Assembly: GCA_963835575.1 (NCBI GenBank)
Contig: CAWIGG010000002.1
Location: 198,141 to 262,140, forward strand
Reading direction: 5' to 3'
Source of the DNA: an uncultured Spirochaetota bacterium
GTDB lineage: Bacteria > Spirochaetota > Brevinematia > Brevinematales > JAOACQ01
Length of the DNA stretch: 64,000 bases
A program made the translations under genes and the position numbers. Below, in pieces: positions 7,965-15,264 of the stretch. The notes under the pieces were generated by a model that was not told the DNA's origin, ran no database searches, and worked only from the letters and a program-made list of their open reading frames with translations. Position 1 is the stretch's first letter. Each line of letters opens with the position of its first letter.

Positions 7965-10781
7965 ATGAAGAAGGTCTTTGCAATGGTTTTAGTGATAATG
8001 GCATACCTGATTATAACAGCTTGTCAGGTAATGGTTTTCAATCATGATGAGACTATTCATGATAGAATAGGGAGCAAGGCCCTCCTTTCCAACGGAATTC
8101 CAACCGTGGCATGGGTTAAGGATATTAATGCGGGAGGCTATATCGACGGCGCGTCCATCGGCGGTTTCGGCGCGGGCACGATCACTCTTCGCTTTGATGG
8201 AAATTTTTACAGAGGAAGGCTGAATATCAGCGAGAGTAATATGACTGTCGATACAAGCTGTAACTTTTATATATACCAGAAGCCGTCCGGGCAGAGCGCC
8301 GTATTTAAAAAGCTTAACGCTGCGACTCTTGGTTCGGGCCAGGCAAATTATTATTCTCTCTTTCCGGTTTCCTGGGTTGATTATTATGGAAGCGCATTCA
8401 CGGCCAAAGTCAAAGTTAAGCAGTTCAGTCCGATCATTCCCGGCGACTACCAGAGAACAAGCTATCCGGTGGGCATTTATGTCTGGTCTATCTCGAATCC
8501 GACCAGTTCTCCATGCGATGTGGCCATCATGCTGACCTGGAACAATAATTTCAGCGGCAGTACGGCTGCGGCTTTTGTTTCTAATAATAATAAAGGCATC
8601 ATTTTACAGAGGAGCGGCACTTCGGCCGCCGCTGAAAAGAACCAGGGAGAGTTTACCCTGGCCTCCCAGGAACAAACCGGAGTTTCCGTCACATATGAAT
8701 CGGCGACAGCGGTCTCAACCCTGGAAAATGATTTCTCGACAAACGGCACTCTCAAAAATTCAACGGGCAGCCATACCAACGGCGCTGTTGCTTTCAAAGT
8801 AACGCTTGCTGCCGGTCAGTCCATAAATATTCCCATCGTCCTGGCATGGGATATTCCGATTGTCCAGCTGGGGAACAAGTGGTACAGGGAATACACCAGG
8901 TATTTCAGCCGTTCAGGACTGAATTCCTCCGCGATTGCGAATGAGGCTCTCAATAATTATACGGCCTGGCAGTCGTCTGTGGACAGCTGGCAGAATAACA
9001 TCATCAACAGTTCGGTATACCCGGATTGGCTGAAGACAACGCTCTTCAACGAACTCTATTATTATTTTGTAGGCGGGACAATCTGGGAGGCCGGAGCCGC
9101 TTCGGGCCAGGCTGATAACGCAAGCGAGGATATGTTCAGTCACATGGAATGCTACGATTACGCTTTTTACGGCACATCGGACGTCCGGTTCTACGGTTCG
9201 TGGCCTCTGGCATTGCTCTGGCCTAACCTGGATAAACAGGCCGTGAAGCAGTTCAGCGACAGCATCTATAATAATAGAAGCGACCGCCCGGCGGCGCTGG
9301 GCACATGCGCGCATGATTTCGGGACAACAAACAATGTCTTTACAATATGGAACGCTTATACATACAGGGATTCCACAACCTGGAAGGATCTTAATTCCAA
9401 GTTTGTCCTGATGGTTTACAGGGATTATGTCCTGACGGGCAAAAGCGACACGACATTCCTGAATTACTGCTGGACGTCCGTCAAAACGGCGATGACCAAG
9501 GTCAAGGGACAGGATACGGATTCCGACGGCCTTCCAAATTCCACTGGAATCGATCAGACTTATGATGATATGAGCCTCTCCGGCAATACGGCCTACTGCG
9601 GAAGCCTCTTCCTTGCGGCATGTCTTGCCGCCAAGCAGATCGCGCTGGCAATGGGAGATTCTTCAACCGCAAGCACCTACCAGTCCTGGTATGACCAGGG
9701 CAAGGCCAGCTTTGAATCCAAGCTCTGGAACGGTTCCTACTATAATATAGATACCGGCAGTTCGGCGACAAACAGGATCATGAGCGATCAGCTTTGCGGT
9801 GAGTGGTACGCAAAAGCGCTTGGTCTGGGTAATATTCTGGACAGTTCTCATATTTCGAGCGCTTTCACCGTGATCTATCAGAACAACTTTAAAAAATTCG
9901 ACAGCGGTACGCATGGTGTGGTCAATGTCATGACAAGCAGCGGTTCGATTGACAGCACAAGCTCCCAGACACGGGAGATGTGGGTCGGGACTGCCTGGGG
10001 CGTTACGGCGGGAATGATCCAGGAGGGATTGACATCGCAGGCGTCCGAGATCGGGAACAGCCTTTACAGTACGATCTATTTGAACAATCAGCTCTATTTC
10101 AGGACGCCGGAAGCCTGGCAGTCGGGGGTCTCATCTATAAGGGCTTATTATTATATGAGAGCCAATGCCGTTTGGGCTGTCAAATACGCTTATGATAACG
10201 CCGGAACACCGGCCAGCTCATCCTCATCAATCAGTTCGAGCGTTATATCGAGTGCGGCATCATCAACAGCTGTCAGTTCAAGTCTGTCTAGCGCTGCTTC
10301 ATCAACAGCAGTAAGCTCGAGCCGCTCAAGCGTTGCATCGTCAGTTGCGGTCAGTTCGAGCAGATCGAGCGTTGCATCGTCAGTTGCAGTCAGTTCGAGC
10401 CGGGCCGCATCCAGTGCGGCTGCGAGCGTTGCTTCCAGTACAGCCGCTTCATCAGGCGGCGGTTATGCTGTTAATTATACCGTCAATAACGATTGGGGCG
10501 CGGGCGCTACATGCACAGTTACTGTAAAGAACAATAGCGCAACAGCAGTAAACGGCTGGACCTTAGTATGGACATTCGCAGGTAATCAAACTCTGACACA
10601 GATATGGAACGCTGCATATACCGCAAGCGGAGAGACCATTACCGTCACAAACGCAAGCTTTAACAATGTCATAGGCGCGAACGGCGGGACGCAGAGCTTT
10701 GGTTTCAATTTGAGCTACAGCGGATCCAATGCAAAACCGGCTTCGTTCACTTTGAACGGAACGGCCTGCTCAGTTTATTAA
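7965..10781 (+). CDS. GH116 (GBA2-type beta-glucosidase family) lipoprotein - Ser linker - CBM2-like
   Basis: GAGGAG RBS before ATG 7965. Signal ending ITAC|Q. IGGFGAGTI; HMECYDYAFYGTSDVRFYGSWPLALLWP; GLPNSTGIDQTYDDMSLSGNTAYCGSLFLAACLAA, which matches the GH116 nucleophile and acid/base regions as I recall them. Confidence 0.8.
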   Translation: MKKVFAMVLVIMAYLIITACQVMVFNHDETIHDRIGSKALLSNGIPTVAWVKDINAGGYIDGASIGGFGAGTITLRFDGNFYRGRLNISESNMTVDTSCNFYIYQKPSGQSAVFKKLNAATLGSGQANYYSLFPVSWVDYYGSAFTAKVKVKQFSPIIPGDYQRTSYPVGIYVWSISNPTSSPCDVAIMLTWNNNFSGSTAAAFVSNNNKGIILQRSGTSAAAEKNQGEFTLASQEQTGVSVTYESATAVSTLENDFSTNGTLKNSTGSHTNGAVAFKVTLAAGQSINIPIVLAWDIPIVQLGNKWYREYTRYFSRSGLNSSAIANEALNNYTAWQSSVDSWQNNIINSSVYPDWLKTTLFNELYYYFVGGTIWEAGAASGQADNASEDMFSHMECYDYAFYGTSDVRFYGSWPLALLWPNLDKQAVKQFSDSIYNNRSDRPAALGTCAHDFGTTNNVFTIWNAYTYRDSTTWKDLNSKFVLMVYRDYVLTGKSDTTFLNYCWTSVKTAMTKVKGQDTDSDGLPNSTGIDQTYDDMSLSGNTAYCGSLFLAACLAAKQIALAMGDSSTASTYQSWYDQGKASFESKLWNGSYYNIDTGSSATNRIMSDQLCGEWYAKALGLGNILDSSHISSAFTVIYQNNFKKFDSGTHGVVNVMTSSGSIDSTSSQTREMWVGTAWGVTAGMIQEGLTSQASEIGNSLYSTIYLNNQLYFRTPEAWQSGVSSIRAYYYMRANAVWAVKYAYDNAGTPASSSSSISSSVISSAASSTAVSSSLSSAASSTAVSSSRSSVASSVAVSSSRSSVASSVAVSSSRAASSAAASVASSTAASSGGGYAVNYTVNNDWGAGATCTVTVKNNSATAVNGWTLVWTFAGNQTLTQIWNAAYTASGETITVTNASFNNVIGANGGTQSFGFNLSYSGSNAKPASFTLNGTACSVY
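10211..10454 (+). repeat. Ser-rich linker-coding degenerate tandem repeat
   Basis: Units 10308-10346 and 10347-10385 both encode AVSSSRSSVASSV but differ at 6 synonymous positions. Confidence 0.85.
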
Positions 10782-10894
10782 TCTTAAAAGCGGCTGAATT
10801 TACGGCAGCCGCTGAGCCTGAAGATACTTTTTATGAAAAAGAGTTTGGCTAGGGAAATTTCTTAGGTTAAAAAATTTTTATAGGAGGCAGATAT

Positions 10895-12172
10895 ATGAGA
10901 CTATTTAGTAAGTTTTTTGCGGTAGCAGCAGTTTTTACTTTAATGCTTGGTTGCTCGGTCGCTCCTTCTTCGAATGAAAATCCGGTGGGAGCAATCGGCA
11001 GTACTCCGGTGAACAAAGCGACTGTCACGCTTTCGGCGCAGTATGACATTTGTTGGATCGCTTCAACGACGTCAAATTACTGTGTACAGCAGGACGTCTG
11101 GAACCCGATCAGCGGATGGGTGCAGACCATGACGGTAGATAACCAGACTGGAGACTTTACAGTCGCATCGTGCAACGCGAACTATACAGGCGGATCGCCC
11201 ATGTCTTACCCGTCTATTTACAAAGGGAACCATTACGGTACGATAACCAGAAGCAGTGGTATGCCTATGGCGGTAAGCGCGTTAAGCAGTTTGAACTGCA
11301 CATGGACAGCCACTACTATCAGTTCAGGCATCTGGGATGCCGCTTATGATGTATGGTTCGAAAACGGTACTTACTCAAGCGGTAATTACAACGGGGCCGA
11401 GCTGATGATCTGGGTTGCCCATCTTGGAGGAACCCAGCCTGTCGGTTCGCAGGTAGCGTCATCGGTATCACTCGGCGGATCAACCTGGAATGTATGGTTT
11501 GGAAACTCAGGCTGGAATGTAATATCTTATGTGAGAACAGCTAATGGATCATCAGGCAGTTTTGATGTAAAAGCCTTTATCAATGACGCTGTAAGCAGAG
11601 GTTATATCCAGAATAGCTGGAACCTGGAAGCTGTTGAGGCGGGTTTCGAAATCTGGTCGGGCGGAGTCGGTCTGAAATCCTCCGGTTTTACAGTTTCGGT
11701 TAACGGCGGCGGCGGCACATCATCCACGCCGGCTGCCAGTTCGAGCCGTTCAAGCGCAGCTTCGAGTGTTGCATCCTCAGCTGCGGTGAGCTCCAGCCGC
11801 TCGAGTGTTGCTTCCAGCGCAGCGGCTTCCAGTACAGCTGCTTCATCAGGCGGATATGCGGTTAATTACACCGTCAACAATGACTGGGGCGCGGGCGCTA
11901 CATGCACAGTTACTGTAAAGAACAATAGCGCAACAGCAGTAAACGGCTGGACCTTAGTATGGACATTCGCGGGCAATCAGACGCTTACGCAGATCTGGAA
12001 CGCTACATATACCGCAAGCGGCGCTACAGTTACCGTCAAAAACGCAAGTTATAACAATGTTATCGGCGCGAACGGTGGAACGCAGGCTTTCGGCTTCAAT
12101 CTGAGCTATAGCGGTTCAAACGCCAAGCCGACAGCGTTCACTTTGAACGGTACGGCATGCTCACTTTATTAG
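10895..12172 (+). CDS. GH12 endoglucanase lipoprotein - Ser linker - CBM2-like
   Basis: AGGAGG RBS. Signal ending MLGC|S. SYPSIYKG, AYDVWF, GAELMIWV, WNVW, EAGFEIWSGG. Confidence 0.85.
   Translation: MRLFSKFFAVAAVFTLMLGCSVAPSSNENPVGAIGSTPVNKATVTLSAQYDICWIASTTSNYCVQQDVWNPISGWVQTMTVDNQTGDFTVASCNANYTGGSPMSYPSIYKGNHYGTITRSSGMPMAVSALSSLNCTWTATTISSGIWDAAYDVWFENGTYSSGNYNGAELMIWVAHLGGTQPVGSQVASSVSLGGSTWNVWFGNSGWNVISYVRTANGSSGSFDVKAFINDAVSRGYIQNSWNLEAVEAGFEIWSGGVGLKSSGFTVSVNGGGGTSSTPAASSSRSSAASSVASSAAVSSSRSSVASSAAASSTAASSGGYAVNYTVNNDWGAGATCTVTVKNNSATAVNGWTLVWTFAGNQTLTQIWNATYTASGATVTVKNASYNNVIGANGGTQAFGFNLSYSGSNAKPTAFTLNGTACSLY
11717..11848 (+). repeat. Ser-rich linker-coding degenerate tandem repeat (short, ~3.5 units)
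   Basis: TSSTPAASSSRSSAASSVASSAAVSSSRSSVASSAAASSTAASS. Confidence 0.8.
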
Positions 12173-12246
12173 AAATTGAAGAACGGCAGTGCAATAGCCG
12201 GTTCGTTAAAGCAGAACATTGACACTGCAAAAAAATGACTGAATCA

Positions 12247-12277
12247 ACCTCCCTCTAAATCAGAGGGAGGTTTTTTT
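12247..12277 (+). terminator. Rho-independent terminator
   Basis: ACCTCCCTCT-aaatc-AGAGGGAGGT + TTTTTTT. Confidence 0.8.
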
Positions 12278-12300
12278 ATGATAATTTTATAAAGTAAGAG

Positions 12301-12373
12301 AAAATCCATACTCAAGGTACTGTTAAATCCATACTCAAGGTTTGCCATATTTTAAAAAGTATTTGTTTATAAT
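12301..12373 (+). promoter_or_regulatory. Twin direct-repeat promoter motif upstream of GH9 gene
   Basis: AAAATCCATACTCAAGGT (12301-12318) and TAAATCCATACTCAAGGT (12324-12341) in 23-nt register. TATAAT 12368-12373. ATG 12424. Confidence 0.55.
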
Positions 12374-12423
12374 ATAAATTCGTTAGTAATGTCATGGAAT
12401 AATATAAATAAAGGAGGAAAAGC

Positions 12424-15021
12424 ATGAAAAGTATTTTTAAGAACAGTTTATCATTATTATCTTTATTTGCTCTCCTATTCTTCTTTTTATTTTTTGCTTC
12501 CTGTTCTCTCAATTTTAATAATGGTAAAAACTCCGAAGGTTTTTCAGGATTGAATCATGCGGCAACAAAAGCGACATCATTCAATTACGCCGATGCGTTC
12601 GCCAAGTCGATTCTTATGTATGATGTGAACTGGTGCGGACCGGATGCCGGTTCGAACCGCCTTCCATGGAGGGGTCCATGCCACACAAGCGACGGCGCCG
12701 ATGTGGGACTGGACCTGTCCGGCGGTTTTCATGACTGCGGCGATCATGTCAAGTTCGGCCAGACGCAGTGTTACTCCGCCGCTACCCTTGGGTGGGCATA
12801 TTATGAGTTCAAGGATGTTTTCGTTGCCAAAGGTCAGGATGCTTATCTGCTGAAAGTTCTCAAGCATTTTACGGATTATTTTCTGAAATGCTTCCCGAAC
12901 GCTAACACATTCTATTATCAGTGCGGAGACGGGGCGACCGACCATCCCTACTGGGGTCCGCCTGAACTGCAGACCCTGTCCATCAGCACCAGACCGACTC
13001 TCTACTCGGCCACTCCGACAGCGCCGGGTTCCGATGTCTGCGGCGATGCAGCCGCGGCCCTGGCTCTCATGTACCTGGATTACAAAGATAAGGATTCGGC
13101 TTACGCCTCAAAATGTCTGACGGCGGCTCAGGGTATTTATACGCTTGGGAAAACCTATCCAGGCCTCTCCCAGAGCGGCGGGTTTTACGGGGCGAGCATT
13201 TACCTTGATGATCTCAGCTGGGGCGCCTTATGGCTTTATATGGCAACGAGCAACAGCACCTATATGACTGATATCAGCAACTATTTGGTCAGTGCGGGCA
13301 TCTCTGAAGCGAACCAGTACGCCAACAGCTGGACTTACTGCTGGGATAACGTATGGGCCGGCGTGTTTGTCAAATTGGCCCAGATCACGAATAGGGGACT
13401 TTATAAATACTGCGCGGATTATAATATGAATTACTGGGTTTCCAATATCTCCAGAACCCCCGGCGGTTTCTGCTTCCTCAATTCCTGGGGAAACTGCAGA
13501 TATGTCTCGGCCCAGTGCATGCTGGCAATGGTATATAATAAAACCGTATCCAACCAGGCCTATGTTGATTTCACAAAATCACAGATAGATTATATACTGG
13601 GTAATAATCCGCTGAGCCTTTCGTATGAATGCGGTTTTGGAACGAACTATCCTCATTTCCCGCATAACCGCGCGGCAAGCGGACGGTTTGAATATCCGCC
13701 TGCCAATGAACATAAGACCGATCCGGAAAGGCATCTGCCTTATGGATTTCTGGTTGGCGGCCCGGATGCCAACGATAATTTCAGCGATGATCCCAATAAC
13801 TTTGTATTCACTGAGGGCGGTATCGATTACAATGCCGGGTTTGTCGGAGCTCTCGCGGGCATGACCGCAATTTACGGCATGTCTCAGACTCCGGAAGCGA
13901 CGCCCGGGATAGAGTCCACGAACTCACCTTACTATATCAGCGCCTATGTCGCTTCAGAGAACAATCAGGGGTCGACCATTTATGCCTATTTGAATAATAT
14001 ATCGGTTCTTCCCCCGCATTATGAGACAAACTTGTCATTCAGGTACTTTGTGAATTTGAGCGAATACTTTTCCACGAATTCGAACGTGACCAGCGCCGTG
14101 ACATGCTCCGTCTATTACGGACCTACCAATGCGGTTGTGTCGGTATTACAGCCATGGGATGCGGCAAACGGGATTTATTACATCGAAGCCAGTGCTCCGA
14201 ATTCGCTGTTATACGGAAAAGTTCCCTTTGAGTTTTCCCTTCATGCCTATGACTACACATGCTGGAATCCGTCTAACGATTTCTCCAGAACAGGACTGAC
14301 AACCGCCACGAACGATGTCATGACAGTCTATATTCCGGTGTACCGGAACGGGGTGCTGATATACGGCAATGAACCTCCGAAAGGCGGTTCATCCAGCAGT
14401 ACGGCGTCTTCAACAGCAGTCAGCTCAAGCCGGGCCGCATCCTCAATAGCAGCAAGCTCGAGCCTGGCCGCGTCCAGCGTCGCTTCTTCTGCGGCAGTCA
14501 GTTCGAGCCGCTCCAGCGCGGCATCTTCAGCGGCGGTCAGTTCCAGCAGATCGAGCGCTGCATCTTCAACAGCAGTCAGCTCAAGCCGGGCATCAAGTGT
14601 TACAAGCAGTGCCGCGTCATCGGCTGCCGTGAGTTCGAGCCGGGCTGTGTCCAGTGCGGCTTCAAGTGTCGCGGTTTCCAGCACAGCAGCCTCGTCAGGC
14701 GGATATGCAGTTAATTATGCCGTCAATAACGATTGGGGCGCAGGCGCCACTGTGACCGTGACGATTAAGAATAATAGCACGACAGCGGTCAATGGATGGA
14801 CACTGGTCTGGACTTACGCCGGCAATCAGGCAATCACGCAAATATGGAACGCCACGCAGACATCTAGCGGCGAAACGATTACTGTAAATAGCTTAAGCTA
14901 TAGTGGAACAATCGGCGCGAACGGCGGGACTCAAAGTTTCGGTTTTAATCTGAGCTACAGCGGAACAAACGCCAAGCCGGCTGCGTTTACTTTGAACGGG
15001 ACTGCCTGTTCACTATATTAA
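12424..15021 (+). CDS. GH9 endoglucanase - CBM3c - Ser linker - CBM2-like; lipoprotein
   Basis: AGGAGG RBS. Signal ending FASC|S. NRLPWRGPCHTSDG, GGFHDCGDHVKFG, FVFTEGGIDYNAG. CBM3c-like LSFRYFVNLSEY. Confidence 0.9.
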   Translation: MKSIFKNSLSLLSLFALLFFFLFFASCSLNFNNGKNSEGFSGLNHAATKATSFNYADAFAKSILMYDVNWCGPDAGSNRLPWRGPCHTSDGADVGLDLSGGFHDCGDHVKFGQTQCYSAATLGWAYYEFKDVFVAKGQDAYLLKVLKHFTDYFLKCFPNANTFYYQCGDGATDHPYWGPPELQTLSISTRPTLYSATPTAPGSDVCGDAAAALALMYLDYKDKDSAYASKCLTAAQGIYTLGKTYPGLSQSGGFYGASIYLDDLSWGALWLYMATSNSTYMTDISNYLVSAGISEANQYANSWTYCWDNVWAGVFVKLAQITNRGLYKYCADYNMNYWVSNISRTPGGFCFLNSWGNCRYVSAQCMLAMVYNKTVSNQAYVDFTKSQIDYILGNNPLSLSYECGFGTNYPHFPHNRAASGRFEYPPANEHKTDPERHLPYGFLVGGPDANDNFSDDPNNFVFTEGGIDYNAGFVGALAGMTAIYGMSQTPEATPGIESTNSPYYISAYVASENNQGSTIYAYLNNISVLPPHYETNLSFRYFVNLSEYFSTNSNVTSAVTCSVYYGPTNAVVSVLQPWDAANGIYYIEASAPNSLLYGKVPFEFSLHAYDYTCWNPSNDFSRTGLTTATNDVMTVYIPVYRNGVLIYGNEPPKGGSSSSTASSTAVSSSRAASSIAASSSLAASSVASSAAVSSSRSSAASSAAVSSSRSSAASSTAVSSSRASSVTSSAASSAAVSSSRAVSSAASSVAVSSTAASSGGYAVNYAVNNDWGAGATVTVTIKNNSTTAVNGWTLVWTYAGNQAITQIWNATQTSSGETITVNSLSYSGTIGANGGTQSFGFNLSYSGTNAKPAAFTLNGTACSLY
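14389..14697 (+). repeat. Ser-rich linker-coding degenerate tandem repeat
   Basis: SSSSTASSTAVSSSRAASSIAASSSLAASS... up to SGGY. Confidence 0.8.
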
Positions 15022-15067
15022 TGATTGGAATATTGGACTTATGTAAAAATTAATAAAGTTATAGGAC

Positions 15068-15108
15068 AGCCGGGTTGGTTCTTACCAACCTGGCTTCTGT
15101 TTTTTTTT
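15068..15108 (+). terminator. Rho-independent terminator
   Basis: AGCCGGGTTGGT-tctt-ACCAACCTGGCT then T9 run. Confidence 0.75.
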
Positions 15109-15264
15109 AAATAAGTAAAATATATTATTAAAGAAGAGGAAGGCCTGTATTGAGGATAAATTAATAAGAGTCTAAGTTAAGGTTTTGTTATCTCGGAAAA
15201 ACGGGGATTTTCGAAAGTTTAAACTGAGCCTGAAAATTTAAAATTTTAGATTAGGAGGATAAAT

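Noticed and set aside
14328-14684. Long antisense ORFs encoding Leu/Glu/Ala/Thr/Asp-rich peptides (MLEA.LDAARLELTA...) opposite every Ser linker. Others lie at 19287-19517, 26468-26842, 28397-28816, 30748-30951, 32609-32887, 34364-34564, 36938-37168, 39098-39517 and 42399-42761.
   Set aside because: They are the reverse complement of Ser/Ala codon repeats (AGC/GCT, TCG/CGA and so on), which contain no stop codons on the opposite strand. They have no RBS and lie wholly inside well-supported sense genes. Their apparent conservation just mirrors linker conservation.
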